DNA of 64,000 nt from Bacteroidia bacterium (GCA_030427255.1 JAUHWY010000001.1:48141-112140); one strand, 5' to 3'; positions 1-10,394 are shown, counted from the stretch's first letter. Made by a program: numbers and translations. Notes: generated from the letters alone by a model not told the origin.

Positions 1-604
1 TGCGCAGGGCTAAATGGGGGGCAAGCGCATTAATTAAGGTCGATTTCCCTGCTCCTGAATGTCCCGAAAACAAGCAAACTTTATCTTGAATCAACGCTCG
101 AACCTTTTCAATATCTTCCTGTGAAAATGCAGAAATGGCAAAGAGTCGATAGCCCGCCCGGGCATAGGTTTCTTTCCACTCTTCCAAAATCAAATGCTCC
201 TTTTCTTTTTTTAGTAGGTCTACTTTATTCACTAACAAAATGGCCGGAATATCATAGGCTTCGGCACTAACCAGCAACCGATCCAAAAAACCGGTGGAGG
301 TTCTGGGTTGACTTATCGAGGCCACAATAACCAATACATCTATGTTGCTTGCTATAATCTGAGTCTCTTTACTCAGTTTGGTAGACTTTCGAATCAAATA
401 GTTTTTGCGACCCTCCACCTCGGTAATGAGCCATTCGCCATTTTGATCATCGCTTTGCACCAGAACTTGGTCACCCACAGCCACCGGGTTTGTATGTCTA
501 TGGTCCAAAAGACGCAAACGACCCCCTAAGCGGGCTTCCTTTATGCCTTCAGGAGTTTTTAACCGATAAAAACTTCCTGTTGAACGTAAAACAAGTCCTC
601 TCAT
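1..604 (-). CDS. rsgA: Ribosome small-subunit-dependent GTPase RsgA (YjeQ/EngC), N-terminal ~200 aa; the C-terminus lies beyond the window start
   Basis: Reverse translation gives MRGLVLRSTGSFYRLK...VLVIVAS...LLVNKVDL...SGHSGAGKSTLINAL, the circularly permuted GTPase with OB fold typical of RsgA. Its ATG at 604 overlaps the stop of the next gene (ATGA). Confidence 0.8.
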   Translation of the reverse strand, partial: MRGLVLRSTGSFYRLKTPEGIKEARLGGRLRLLDHRHTNPVAVGDQVLVQSDDQNGEWLITEVEGRKNYLIRKSTKLSKETQIIASNIDVLVIVASISQPRTSTGFLDRLLVSAEAYDIPAILLVNKVDLLKKEKEHLILEEWKETYARAGYRLFAISAFSQEDIEKVRALIQDKVCLFSGHSGAGKSTLINALAPHLALR

Positions 605-1020
605 ATTCCGGGAATAGGAAAGCTTGTGAAAATGTAGGTGGTTAACCCGGCCGTGGCCAAAACCAAAAAAGAAAGGGTATTGCCTAAAATTCCATCAACC
701 CAACTGCTTCGAGGGTAGGTGAAAATCATGAGCAAGGTTTCAAAAAGCCACATGGCCCCAACCACCATACCAAGGGTGGCAATTAACAGGGGATGCAGAG
801 GTAGCCGCAAATACAACATTACTCCGGCTCCCGTAAAAGAAAGAATTCCTGCAATTAGTGAAAAGTAAAGTGAGCCTTGAATGCTTCGGAAACCGGCAGC
901 CGATAAAAGCATGGATCGAAGCACGCAGAATACAATAAATACGCTACCTGCCATTACCCAATTCAACGGACGCTGCATAAATTCCGCAAATGCATCGTAA
1001 AGAATAACAGACTCCTGCAT
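601..1020 (-). CDS. Hypothetical integral membrane protein (4 predicted TM helices)
   Basis: 139-aa hydrophobic ORF with no recognisable motif, translationally coupled to rsgA. Confidence 0.45.
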   Translation of the reverse strand: MQESVILYDAFAEFMQRPLNWVMAGSVFIVFCVLRSMLLSAAGFRSIQGSLYFSLIAGILSFTGAGVMLYLRLPLHPLLIATLGMVVGAMWLFETLLMIFTYPRSSWVDGILGNTLSFLVLATAGLTTYIFTSFPIPGI

Positions 1021-1045
1021 GCCTAAATGTAAGGATTTAATTCCA

Positions 1046-3679
1046 TCAGCCCTTCAGTCGAACCAGTTGCTCCTCAATGGATTTTAACTTGGTTTCTGCA
1101 TCTGCGGCTTTTTGCCTTTCATTGGCCACTATTTCCGGCTTAGCGTTTTGCACAAATCGATCATTACTGAGCTTCTTTTCCACGCTTTTTAGAAAACCTT
1201 CCAAATAGGCCTTTTCCTTATTTAGCTTTTCTTCTTCGGCTTCCACATTTACCAAATGACCTGCCGGAATTTGCACCGACCACTGTTTCACTTGAAAACT
1301 AAAGCAGGGGCCATCGTAACTCTCATTTAATTTCACCTCCGAAATCCCTGCCATGTGTTGCAACAAAGCACCAAAATGACCTTTCCAAGAGTGGTCTTTA
1401 TCACTTATCCATGCCTCCAAAGGCTCTTTAAATGAAATGCCTTGATTTTGTCGAATGGCGCGAACTTCGGTAATAAAATTGCCTAGCTTTTCGGCATCTT
1501 GAAGCAGCACTTCATCTATGTTGCCTTGAGCCTTAATAGGCGTTTCCATCAAAAAGCGGCCTTGCTTCCCTTGAGTTAAGCCTTGCCAAATTTCTTCCGT
1601 AATAAAAGGCATAAAAGGATGAGCAATGCCACAGAGGGTTTCAAAAAAGGAGCTGGCTTTCTTTACCGTTGCTGTTGGAATGGAATGCCCTGCCGCCGGT
1701 TTAATCCATTCTAAGTACCAGCTGCAGAAATCATCCCAAATGAGCTTGTAAACAGTCATTAGGGCATCGCTGATTCTAAACTGCTCATAATGAGCATCCA
1801 ACTTTTCTCTAGCTTGGTTTAACTTGCTTTCAAACCATTGGTGGGCCCAAACTTGACGTTCGTTTTCTTCTGTATCTTCTCCTTCTCCCCAATGGCTAAG
1901 CAAGCGGTAGGCGTTCCATATTTTGTTGCTGAAATTTCTGCCCTGGCCACACAATGCTTCGTCAAACAATAAGTCGTTCCCGGCCGGCGCACTCAAAAGC
2001 ATACCCACACGAACTCCGTCTGCACCATACTGCTGAATCAAATCCAGGGGGTCCGGCGAGTTACCCAAGGATTTCGACATTTTTCTGCGCTGCTGGTCTC
2101 TTACAATACCGGTGTAATACACATTTCTAAATGGACGCTCCCCTTTAAAGGCATAACCGGCCATAATCATACGGGCAACCCAAAAGAACATGATTTCCGG
2201 AGCCGTAACCAAGTCATTGGTAGGGTAGTAGTAGCTTATTTCAGGGTTGTTGGGCGATTTGAACCCATCAAACACAGAAATGGGCCAAAGCCAAGAGCTG
2301 AACCATGTATCCAAAACATCCTCGTCCTGCCTTAGTTCCTTAAGCTGCAAGTCGGGCTGCTTTTGCTGCAATTGTACAAGAGCCTGTTCCGGACTTTGAG
2401 CTACCGCATAGCTTCCGTCGGGCGCATACCAAGCGGGAATCCGTTGGCCCCACCACAGCTGACGACTTATGCACCAATCCTTGATATTCTCTATCCAATA
2501 TTTGTAGGTGTTTTTGAATTTAGGAGGGTGAAATTGAATTTTATCCTCCATAACGTCAGACAAAACTTCAGGATGGGCTTTTAAAAAGGCCTTCATGTCT
2601 ACAAACCACTGCATGGAGAGCTTGGGCTCAATTACCGCTTCTGTTCGTTCCGAATGGCCTATTTGAGTGTGGTATACTTCACTCTTTTCCAACATACCGG
2701 CCTCTTCCAGGTCTTTTACAATGGCCTTGCGGGCCTCAAAGCGATCCATTCCGGCATACTTTCCGGCATGCGCGTTCATGGTACCGTCGTCGTTTATGCT
2801 GTCAATTACTTCTAAGCCATGTTTTTGTCCTATGGCGTAATCGTTGGGATCATGGGCAGGCGTTACCTTTAAACATCCTGTACCAAAGTCCATTGCAATA
2901 TAAGTGTCGGTAATAATGGGTACTTCACGATCGGTAAAAGGAACCCGTACTTTTTTTCCATGCAAGGCCAAATACCGCGGATCTTCCGGGTGCACACAAA
3001 CGGCCGTATCGGCAGGAATGGTTTCCGGCCTACTGGTGGCAATGGTAAGCGAACCACTCCCGTCTGCCAAGGGATACTGCACATAATAAAGCACTCCCTG
3101 CGTTTCTTTATGCACTACCTCCTCATCAGATAAGGCTGTTTTTCCGGCAGGATCCCAGTGCACCATGCGAACGCCACGGTATATCAAACCCCGCTTATGA
3201 AGCTCTACAAATACTTCCTGAACCGCCGCCGATAAATCTTCTTCCATGGTAAAACGGGTTCTGCTCCAATCGCAGCTGGCTCCCAGTTTTTTGAGTTGCT
3301 CTAGGATTATACCTCCGTACTTTTCCTTCCAAGCCCAAGCATGCTCTAAAAAGGCATCTCGGCCTATTTCCGTTTTGCTTAAGCCCTGAGATTTAAGCAA
3401 CTGCACCACTTTCGCTTCCGTAGCAATAGACGCATGATCTGTACCGGGAACCCAACAGGCGTTTTTGCCTTGCATCCTCGCTCGCCTCACCAATACATCC
3501 TGAATGGTATTGTTTAGCATGTGGCCCATGTGCAAAACCCCTGTCACATTGGGCGGTGGAATTACTATAGTGTAAGGCTCCCGTTCATCGGGTGTGGATT
3601 GAAAACAGCCCTTTTCTTGCCATAAGGAATACCAATACGCTTCTCTCTCTTGGTGGTTAAAACTCTTGCTAATCTCCAT
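1046..3679 (-). CDS. valS: Valine--tRNA ligase
   Basis: HIGH-type motif (LHMGHMLN), KMSKS motif and a C-terminal coiled-coil tail, ~875 aa. Start chosen at the internal Met (MEISKSF...); the ORF track extends to 3724. Confidence 0.93.
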   Translation of the reverse strand: MEISKSFNHQEREAYWYSLWQEKGCFQSTPDEREPYTIVIPPPNVTGVLHMGHMLNNTIQDVLVRRARMQGKNACWVPGTDHASIATEAKVVQLLKSQGLSKTEIGRDAFLEHAWAWKEKYGGIILEQLKKLGASCDWSRTRFTMEEDLSAAVQEVFVELHKRGLIYRGVRMVHWDPAGKTALSDEEVVHKETQGVLYYVQYPLADGSGSLTIATSRPETIPADTAVCVHPEDPRYLALHGKKVRVPFTDREVPIITDTYIAMDFGTGCLKVTPAHDPNDYAIGQKHGLEVIDSINDDGTMNAHAGKYAGMDRFEARKAIVKDLEEAGMLEKSEVYHTQIGHSERTEAVIEPKLSMQWFVDMKAFLKAHPEVLSDVMEDKIQFHPPKFKNTYKYWIENIKDWCISRQLWWGQRIPAWYAPDGSYAVAQSPEQALVQLQQKQPDLQLKELRQDEDVLDTWFSSWLWPISVFDGFKSPNNPEISYYYPTNDLVTAPEIMFFWVARMIMAGYAFKGERPFRNVYYTGIVRDQQRRKMSKSLGNSPDPLDLIQQYGADGVRVGMLLSAPAGNDLLFDEALCGQGRNFSNKIWNAYRLLSHWGEGEDTEENERQVWAHQWFESKLNQAREKLDAHYEQFRISDALMTVYKLIWDDFCSWYLEWIKPAAGHSIPTATVKKASSFFETLCGIAHPFMPFITEEIWQGLTQGKQGRFLMETPIKAQGNIDEVLLQDAEKLGNFITEVRAIRQNQGISFKEPLEAWISDKDHSWKGHFGALLQHMAGISEVKLNESYDGPCFSFQVKQWSVQIPAGHLVNVEAEEEKLNKEKAYLEGFLKSVEKKLSNDRFVQNAKPEIVANERQKAADAETKLKSIEEQLVRLKG

Positions 3680-3869
3680 GAAAATCTCTATATTGCTACA
3701 AAGGTAACAAAGGTGTGGCTTCATTTGCCTTGCTTTGCCCTTTTTGAACCTATTTTACAGCCCTTAGGCAATCCTCAAACCATTGACCATCGGCTGTTAA
3801 ACTTTTGTTAATCGTAAATTGTCCCTGTCTTTTTGCATAATTTTGGGATAGCACAATAGAAAACGCATT

Positions 3870-4334
3870 ATGAAAAAACTAGTTGGAACTTTTTTGTTGG
3901 CCTTAAGTCTAGGTTTTGGTGTTCATGCCCAAGACGGAAATGGCCCCAAGTTTTCCGCGGAGTCTATGGTTGTTGATTACGGCGAAGTCGCATACAAAGG
4001 TGACGGCGTTCGCGAATTTGTGTTTACGAATACCGGCAACCAACCGCTAATGATTACCAATGCCAAAGGATCCTGCGGTTGCACCGTACCCGAATGGCCT
4101 AAAGAACCCATCCGTCCGGGTGGAGAAGGGGTCATTAAAATCAAATACGATACCGGCCGTTCCGGCATGATTTCCAAAACCGTTACGGTTACTACCAACG
4201 AAGTAGAAAAAACCGACGACGCCGGAAACCCTCAATACAAACAACATGTAGTGCGCATCACCGGAAGCGTAAAAACGCCCCCCGCAAACGATGGACTCCC
4301 TGTAAATAACCAGGGCGCTGTTCCTACAGAGTAA
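3870..4334 (+). CDS. DUF1573 domain lipoprotein
   Basis: Signal peptide plus the KGSCGCTVPEWPKEPIRPGG signature of the Bacteroidota DUF1573 family. Confidence 0.7.
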   Translation: MKKLVGTFLLALSLGFGVHAQDGNGPKFSAESMVVDYGEVAYKGDGVREFVFTNTGNQPLMITNAKGSCGCTVPEWPKEPIRPGGEGVIKIKYDTGRSGMISKTVTVTTNEVEKTDDAGNPQYKQHVVRITGSVKTPPANDGLPVNNQGAVPTE

Positions 4335-4365
4335 TTGAGATACCATATTAGGTTTGTTATAGCAC

Positions 4366-4396
4366 TAAACCACTCCATTTTGGGGTGGTTTTTTTT
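4366..4396 (+). terminator. Rho-independent terminator hairpin (AACCAC...GTGGTT plus T8)
   Basis: Stem-loop followed by a T-run, immediately 3' of the DUF1573 gene. Confidence 0.5.
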
Positions 4397-4398
4397 GC

Positions 4399-4558
4399 GG
4401 CCCTACGGGCTGCTTGCTCCAAGCTGTGTCGTAAGGCCCACAAAACACCAACGCAGGGCCGGGGCTTGCTGCGCGCCGCCGCGGCCCTGCGGGTGCTTTT
4501 GGGGCCTTTCTTCCACAGGCTTTCCACAGCATCCCTGGCCGACCCGGCCCGCAGGCCC
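4399..4558 (-). repeat. GC-rich intergenic element, copy A (reverse orientation relative to copy B)
   Basis: ~75% GC island in a ~46% GC background. Its reverse complement aligns with copies B and C (GGATGCxGTGGAAAGCC ... GCGCGCAGCAA core). It generates four spurious overlapping ORFs. Confidence 0.6.
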
Positions 4559-4634
4559 ATTTTAACCAATTTTTTGGAATTTTTGGGGTAACCCTTGCCT
4601 TTGCAAAACGTATATTTAACAAAACATTTTTGCG

Positions 4635-5042
4635 ATGATTCGACTCTTATCTTTTTTGGCCTTCCTTTCCTTCGCAGCAACAAGCTCAGCACAAATAGCT
4701 ATTGGACCAAAATTAAGCGCCGCTAGTTTTGAAGTGGATTTTGGAGAAATTAAAAAGGGCGAAAAGCACCACACTACATTTATCATCAAAAACACAGGAA
4801 ATCAACCTTTGCTCATCAAAGATGCCAAAGGTTCCTGCGATTGCACCGTGCCCAAATATCCCCAAAGCCCAATTCGCCCGGGAGGTACTGCAGAACTAGA
4901 AATTTCTTACGATGCTAAATCAGCCGGCCCATTCAATAAAACTGTAACACTCACAACCAACGAACAAGAAGGAAAAGATAGCTTCGGCAGTGTAATCTAT
5001 AAAAAGCACGAAATCGAAGTAAAAGGTATTGTTGTGGATTAA
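4635..5042 (+). CDS. DUF1573 domain lipoprotein (paralog)
   Basis: KGSCDCTVPKYPQSPIRPGG signature; same architecture as 3870-4334. Confidence 0.7.
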   Translation: MIRLLSFLAFLSFAATSSAQIAIGPKLSAASFEVDFGEIKKGEKHHTTFIIKNTGNQPLLIKDAKGSCDCTVPKYPQSPIRPGGTAELEISYDAKSAGPFNKTVTLTTNEQEGKDSFGSVIYKKHEIEVKGIVVD

Positions 5043-5065
5043 GGGTTTTTGGTTGCTCTTAATAT

Positions 5066-5097
5066 AAAAGCCTCTCAAATTTGAGAGGTTTTTTTTT
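5066..5097 (+). terminator. Rho-independent terminator
   Basis: CCTCTCAAATTTGAGAGG hairpin followed by T9. Confidence 0.6.
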
Positions 5098-5099
5098 AC

Positions 5100-5170
5100 C
5101 TATCGTGACTGTTGACGCGTTGTGTTTTCAAGACCTAGTCACTGACCGAAGCGTCAGGGCCTAGCGTTTG
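5100..5170. repeat. REP-like palindromic element (CCTGAC/GTCAGG family), single unit
   Basis: GTTGACGCGTTGTGTTTTCAAGAC...TGACCGAAGCGTCAGGG is near-identical to 31355-31400. Confidence 0.55.
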
Positions 5171-5419
5171 CACGAAGTCGTTGTATAGAATTGCCGTAAG
5201 AACTGAATGACATCAATAGCCTCAAATGGTTTCTGTACCAAAGTGAAATACTCCATAGAAAAACCTTGGCTTCAAGTTGGAGGCTGTTTTAATCAAGCTT
5301 CTCCATCTCATTGGGACAGTATTAGGTTTAATAATAGATGCGCATTTAAGGCTTCCGGTTCATATTGATTGAAGGGATTTAAGCCCGAATCTTAAGCCGT
5401 GGCGGAAGAAAAGCGTTCA

Positions 5420-5452
5420 AAAAAAAAGCCGCTTCCTAGAAGCGGCTTTTTT
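5420..5452. terminator. Bidirectional rho-independent terminator
   Basis: A-run, AGCCGCTTC-CTAG-GAAGCGGCT hairpin, then T-run, downstream of the fasciclin gene. Confidence 0.6.
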
Positions 5453-5470
5453 ATGGACTCCAAAAATCAA

Positions 5471-6259
5471 TTAATTTCCACCTCTGGAGGTAGGAGCAGT
5501 GTTGTTGGTGCCGTCTCCGGTGCGTCCGGTAGGTGCGGTGTTGTTAGAGCCATCACCAGTTCTTCCGGTAGGCTGACCGCCACGAGTGGTACCGCCCTCA
5601 TTGGTGCTTCTATCCACTTCAACATTTACATTGGGGGTGGGATCTACCACCTTAGGGGCTTTTGCTTTTCCTTTTTTGGCAGGAGGAGTCATAACTGCAT
5701 CTACCACGTGCAAAATGCCATTAGTGGCAGCAATGTCGGCTTCTACTACATTGGCTCCACCAACCATGGTGCTTCCTTCGGCCACTTTTACTTGGACTAC
5801 TTTTTCATCAAGAGCATCCAATTCGGTGTAGTTTGCTAAGTCACCGGCAGAAAGGCGGCCACTTACCACGTGATAGGTAAGGATATCGGTCAAGTCTTGA
5901 CGACGCTTTAAGTCGGTTTTAAGCGCTTCAAGCTCAGCAGCGTCAAGTGCGGCAAAAGCTTCATTGGTAGGGGCAAATACCGTAAAGTTCTTTGTGGTAT
6001 CGCTAAGGGTTTCTACCAAACCTGCAGCAGAAATCAATTCCACTAGGGTAGTGAAGCGCTCATCTTTCATAGCGGTTTCAACTACATTTACAGGAGCATT
6101 TGCAGCAGCAATGCTGTCTAAGCGGGCTTGCTCAACAGCAGCCAATGAATCTTGACGTGCTTTTTCAGCATCTGCATCAGATTTGCCTTTACCTCCACAA
6201 GAAGAAAGGGCTACCGCTGTGGCTAGGCCAAAAACGGCTAAAGTGTTGTGAATTGCCAT
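5471..6259 (-). CDS. Fasciclin (FAS1) domain lipoprotein with a Gly/Thr-rich C-terminal repeat tail
   Basis: Lipoprotein signal (ALSSCGG), FTVFAPTNEAF fasciclin motif, and a repeated GRTGDGxNNTAPT tail. Start moved to the internal Met. Confidence 0.8.
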   Translation of the reverse strand: MAIHNTLAVFGLATAVALSSCGGKGKSDADAEKARQDSLAAVEQARLDSIAAANAPVNVVETAMKDERFTTLVELISAAGLVETLSDTTKNFTVFAPTNEAFAALDAAELEALKTDLKRRQDLTDILTYHVVSGRLSAGDLANYTELDALDEKVVQVKVAEGSTMVGGANVVEADIAATNGILHVVDAVMTPPAKKGKAKAPKVVDPTPNVNVEVDRSTNEGGTTRGGQPTGRTGDGSNNTAPTGRTGDGTNNTAPTSRGGN

Positions 6260-6470
6260 AATTACTATTTTGGTTTTTGGTATTGTAAAGCAAAGGTAAC
6301 AAGTGAAGGCACATTTTGGCAAAAAATGGAGCGCTAAGTGAAAGATTTTGTTTAGGGAATTCCGAATTTATTTTTTTTTAGGATTGATGCAACCTACTTT
6401 TAATAGTCTGCGTCTATGGAATAGCAAATAAACATTACTTTTGCTGAAACTTTAAAACAAACCACACATT

Positions 6471-6971
6471 ATGAAGCGTTTAGTTTCCAATTTCCAAATT
6501 TTAGGTGCTGTTGCTCTTATCGGCGGCGCCTTTGCTCTCCAATCTTGCGGCGCTGAAAAAGGCTGTACCGACATGCGTGCCGACAACTATGTTGCTACTG
6601 CCGAAGAAGACGACGGTACTTGCAACGAATCTGAAACCGAAGCAAAGTTCGCCGGTCTTTGGACGTTTACCATTGCAGGTGGTACCAGCACCTATAGCGT
6701 AGACGTTTCTGCTAGCAGCGTAGAAAATGATTACCGGATTACTGCTCAAACCACCCTTGGTCTGAACAACATCAATCCTGTGACCATCAATTTGAATGTT
6801 AATCAGGCTATTGCTACTTCAGGAATGGTTGATGTACCAAATATCAATGGCCAAATCGATACTTTGACCTTGACTTACAACTCTGCTACCTCTGCTACCT
6901 TAGCAGGTTCACTTAGCGGATTTGATACCGGTGGTCTGAATGGTTCTTTCTCCGACAACGGAACAAAATAA
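6471..6971 (+). CDS. Hypothetical lipoprotein
   Basis: Signal peptide with lipobox (LQSCG); no further motif. Confidence 0.45.
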   Translation: MKRLVSNFQILGAVALIGGAFALQSCGAEKGCTDMRADNYVATAEEDDGTCNESETEAKFAGLWTFTIAGGTSTYSVDVSASSVENDYRITAQTTLGLNNINPVTINLNVNQAIATSGMVDVPNINGQIDTLTLTYNSATSATLAGSLSGFDTGGLNGSFSDNGTK

Positions 6972-6991
6972 TTGCACGGTATTTGCAATAC

Positions 6992-7021
6992 AAAGGGGTG
7001 GAACGTCCACCCCTTTTTTTA
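6992..7021 (+). terminator. Rho-independent terminator
   Basis: GGGGTGGAACGTCCACCCC hairpin followed by T8. Confidence 0.55.
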
Positions 7022-7665
7022 TGCGCTTTACTTTTCTTACATATCTCCTCTGCTTTTTTAGCCTGAATGCAACGGCCCAAATCGTTGTAGTACCCAAAGA
7101 TTCTTCTCAAAACCGACCGCCCACCGGTAGGTTTGGTGATAATTTTGATAGGGATACGGTTTTGTTGGACTCTTCTGTGGTACTGTTTAAAAAACTTGAA
7201 GCGGTAGAACTTTTATCCTTAAGAACGTTTAAGCGTAAAAGAGACCAGCGCAGATACAATCGCTTGGTTGAACGTGTTAAACGCACCTATCCATTGGCTA
7301 AGTTAGCCGCACAAAAAATGGAGCTTTATGGTCAAACCTTAGCCAACGGAACCCGAAAAGACCGCAAAGAACTCATCCGGCAATTTGAAAAAGAGCTAAA
7401 AGAAGAACATGGCGCCAAACTAAAGCGCATGTCTTTTGCCGATGGACGCATATTACTTCGGTTAATCGATAGAGAAACCCAAAACACCCCCTTCGAATTG
7501 GTTAAGGATTTAAAAGGTTCTTTTCAAGCTGTTTTTTGGCAAGGAGTAGCCAACATTTTTGATTACGATCTCAAAGCTCCCTTTGACCCAAGCCAAAGGG
7601 AAGAGGATTTACACATCGACGAAATCTGTCGAATGATTGATGCCGGTATCATTAGCATACCTTAA
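7021..7665 (+). CDS. Hypothetical secreted protein
   Basis: MRFTFLTYLLCFFSLNATAQ signal peptide. The ORF-track start at 6940 overlaps the upstream gene and the terminator. Confidence 0.45.
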   Translation: MRFTFLTYLLCFFSLNATAQIVVVPKDSSQNRPPTGRFGDNFDRDTVLLDSSVVLFKKLEAVELLSLRTFKRKRDQRRYNRLVERVKRTYPLAKLAAQKMELYGQTLANGTRKDRKELIRQFEKELKEEHGAKLKRMSFADGRILLRLIDRETQNTPFELVKDLKGSFQAVFWQGVANIFDYDLKAPFDPSQREEDLHIDEICRMIDAGIISIP

Positions 7666-8801
7666 GCCTTGGCTTTATTTTGCTCCAAGACTCCACGGTA
7701 TAAGGCCTCGTATTGAGGTACAATGGTATTTAAATGAAACATTTGAGCACGCTTTTTGGAAGCGGCACTAAATTGCGCATAAGCCTTCGGGTCTTTCAAA
7801 AGGCTAAGGGCATTTCTGGCCATGTCTTCATAGTCGCCAATGGCACTTAAAAATCCGGTTTCGCCATGAATCTGAACTTCCGGCATTCCTCCCGCCCGGG
7901 TGGCAATCACTGGAACCCCGCAGGCCATTGCTTCTAAGGCAGATAAGCCAAAACTCTCCGATTCCGAAGGCAAGAAAAACAAGTCTGAACAGGGAAGTAC
8001 TTGAGTACTGTTCTTGATTTTTCCAACAAATACCGTGTCGTCATGAACTCCCAATGCTCTCGCTAAACTTTCGGCCATATTTCGTTCGGGGCCATCGCCT
8101 ACCATGAGCAAACGTACAGGGGTTTCTTTACGAATAAGGGCAAAGGCCTTTACTATGTCCTGAACTCTCTTTACTTTCCTAAAGTTGGAAATATGGGTGA
8201 TTATTTTTTCACCGTTTGGGGCTGTGTAGCGTTTTAGGCAATCGTCGCCGGGGGCTTGGTATTGTTCGGGCTCTATAAAATTGTACACTACCTGGATTTC
8301 TCTATCTACATCAAAATGCTTCAGTGTTTCTTCTTTTAAATAATTTGAAACAGCCGTAAGGCAATCCGACTGATTCATGGCGAAGCTAATGACCGGTTCA
8401 TAACTTTGGTCTTTGCCAACCAAAGTAATGTCAGTGCCATGCAATGTGGTAATAAAGGGAACATTTCGCCCCTTTTTCTTTAGGATTTCTCGGGCCATAA
8501 ATGCGGCCGGGGCATGAGGAATGGCATAGTGCACATGAATAAGATCTAAGGACTCAAACAAGGCGGTGCGCACCAGAGTGGAGGTTAAAGCCACCTCATA
8601 AGGCGCAAAATCAAACAGTGGGTAAGAGGGAATATTTACCTCATGAAAAAATACATTTTCTTGAAATGCATCCATCCGCACCGGTTGGCTGTAGGAGATA
8701 AAATGTACCTGATGTCCCTTTTTGGCCAATGCCTTGCCAAGTTCGGTGGCGACTACCCCGCTACCTCCAAAGGTGGGGTACAAAACGATTCCTATGCGCA
8801 T
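7662..8801 (-). CDS. bshA: GT4 glycosyltransferase, BshA-like (N-acetyl-alpha-D-glucosaminyl L-malate synthase)
   Basis: N-terminus MRIGIVLYPTFGGSGVVATELGKALAKKGHQVHFIS closely resembles Bacillus BshA ([32 protein letters not shown]). Confidence 0.7.
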   Translation of the reverse strand: MRIGIVLYPTFGGSGVVATELGKALAKKGHQVHFISYSQPVRMDAFQENVFFHEVNIPSYPLFDFAPYEVALTSTLVRTALFESLDLIHVHYAIPHAPAAFMAREILKKKGRNVPFITTLHGTDITLVGKDQSYEPVISFAMNQSDCLTAVSNYLKEETLKHFDVDREIQVVYNFIEPEQYQAPGDDCLKRYTAPNGEKIITHISNFRKVKRVQDIVKAFALIRKETPVRLLMVGDGPERNMAESLARALGVHDDTVFVGKIKNSTQVLPCSDLFFLPSESESFGLSALEAMACGVPVIATRAGGMPEVQIHGETGFLSAIGDYEDMARNALSLLKDPKAYAQFSAASKKRAQMFHLNTIVPQYEALYRGVLEQNKAKA

Positions 8802-8873
8802 GCCTGCAATATTGTTGACAGCTCAAATGAATGAAAACTATTACTTTTAACCTATAGTCTTAAGTTTATTTAA

Positions 8874-9557
8874 ATGGCCACGCAAGCGGAGGAGAATTAT
8901 TTAAAGGCAATTTTTAAGTTATCCGGGGCATTAGAACGAAGTGTTTCTACCAATGCTTTGGCCGATGCTTTAGAAACCAAAGCTTCTTCGGTTACCGACA
9001 TGGTCAAAAAGCTTTCCGATAAGAAATGGGTGAATTACCAACCATACCAAGGGGTAACCCTTTCTAAAAAGGGGAAGAAAATGGCCATTCAGGTCATCCG
9101 AAAGCATAGGTTATGGGAAGTGTTTTTGGTAAATCAATTGCATTTTAGGTGGGACGAAATTCATGAGATTGCCGAACAACTGGAGCATATTCAATCCGAT
9201 AAACTTATTGATCGGCTAGATCAGTTTCTGGGTTTCCCCCAGTTTGATCCGCATGGAGATCCTATTCCTACTGCCGACGGAAAGATTCGCCACCATAAAG
9301 ACGAAACGCTCAAAGACATGAACCCGGGTGATGTTTGCGAGGTTGTTGGCGTTAAAGCCCACGAAGCTGATTTTTTGCAATACCTGGATGGCATGAACTT
9401 AATTCCCGGCGTATCGGTGGAGGTGAAAAAAAGGTATGCCTATGACCAAAGTTTGGTGATTGCGGTAGATCAAGGCACTGATATTATGGTTAGCAGTACG
9501 GTCAGTCGTCAACTTCTTGTGCGTAAAAAAAGCCAAAGGGCTTTAGCCAACCCTTAA
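8874..9557 (+). CDS. DtxR/MntR family metal-dependent transcriptional regulator with a C-terminal FeoA-like domain
   Basis: Winged-helix N-terminus, metal-binding helix (HRLWEVFL...HEIAEQLEH), SH3-like tail. Confidence 0.85.
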   Translation: MATQAEENYLKAIFKLSGALERSVSTNALADALETKASSVTDMVKKLSDKKWVNYQPYQGVTLSKKGKKMAIQVIRKHRLWEVFLVNQLHFRWDEIHEIAEQLEHIQSDKLIDRLDQFLGFPQFDPHGDPIPTADGKIRHHKDETLKDMNPGDVCEVVGVKAHEADFLQYLDGMNLIPGVSVEVKKRYAYDQSLVIAVDQGTDIMVSSTVSRQLLVRKKSQRALANP

Positions 9558-10394
9558 GGTTGATTTTCGTTGCCATAGCAGGCTCAAAAGAAAGAAGGTT
9601 CCGGAAACCAAAACCATGGTAGTGGATGGGTCTAAATTTATCCACCATGCCAATACATAACCTCCTATGGCACTTAAGGCGGCTAAAGCAATAGACAAAG
9701 CCAGCATATGCTCCAGCCTTTTGACCCACAACCAAGCAGTGGCCGCAGGAAGCAACATAAAACCCATAACCAAAATAGCCCCTACGGCTTCAAAACTCCA
9801 CACGGTACTCAGAGAAACCAATGCGAGCAATTGCACATTCTTTCGCTCTACATTTAACCCTTGCGTCCGAGCAAAATCTATATCGAAACTGATGGATTTC
9901 CAGATTGGCCAAGAGGGGAGGAGTAATATGGCCCACAAACCGAGCAACATCAGCTGTTGCCAAACAGCCCAGGGAGCAAAGTCCAAAAATGTGCCACTTA
10001 GTGGCCGCCGAAAAGGAATCCAGAGCAATTCGCCATACAAAATGCAATCGGTGTCTAAATCAGCATTTTCACCAAAGAGGGTAACTCCTAAAATCCCAAG
10101 GGCAAAAAAAGAAGTATAAACCATGCCTGTGCTTGCTTCTACCCAAACATTCAGGTACTTGTTGAGCCAATAAATCAAAAGAGTTACCAACAAGCCGGTA
10201 GCGGCTGCAAAGAGCGTAATAAGGGGAGAGCTTCGGCTTTCTGCTAAAAGGTAGCCAATTACTAGTCCCGGTAAAATCGCATGTGCAATGGCATCGGTGA
10301 GCATTCCCATGCGACGTAGTACCAAAAAGGTGCCACCAATGCTGGCGTTTATGGCTATGAGCAAAGAGGTGATTAAAACGGCTGCACTAATCAT
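9543..10394 (-). CDS. Metal (Mn/Zn) ABC transporter permease
   Basis: ZnuB/MntB-like multi-TM permease, in an operon with the ATPase and substrate-binding protein. Confidence 0.85.
   Translation of the reverse strand: MISAAVLITSLLIAINASIGGTFLVLRRMGMLTDAIAHAILPGLVIGYLLAESRSSPLITLFAAATGLLVTLLIYWLNKYLNVWVEASTGMVYTSFFALGILGVTLFGENADLDTDCILYGELLWIPFRRPLSGTFLDFAPWAVWQQLMLLGLWAILLLPSWPIWKSISFDIDFARTQGLNVERKNVQLLALVSLSTVWSFEAVGAILVMGFMLLPAATAWLWVKRLEHMLALSIALAALSAIGGYVLAWWINLDPSTTMVLVSGTFFLLSLLWQRKSTLRVG

Noticed and set aside
2363-3086. Small antisense or alternative-frame ORFs inside valS, and similar ones inside rpsA (27064-27669) and the TonB receptor (15153-16928)
   Set aside because: They are embedded in strongly supported long CDSs on the opposite strand and have no independent support.
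4335-4692. Four overlapping ORFs (76-111 aa) on both strands inside GC-rich element A
   Set aside because: They are generated by the high GC content of the repeat, which leaves few stop codons. Their compositions are Arg/Pro/Ala-rich with no start context, and the same sequence recurs as a non-coding repeat elsewhere.
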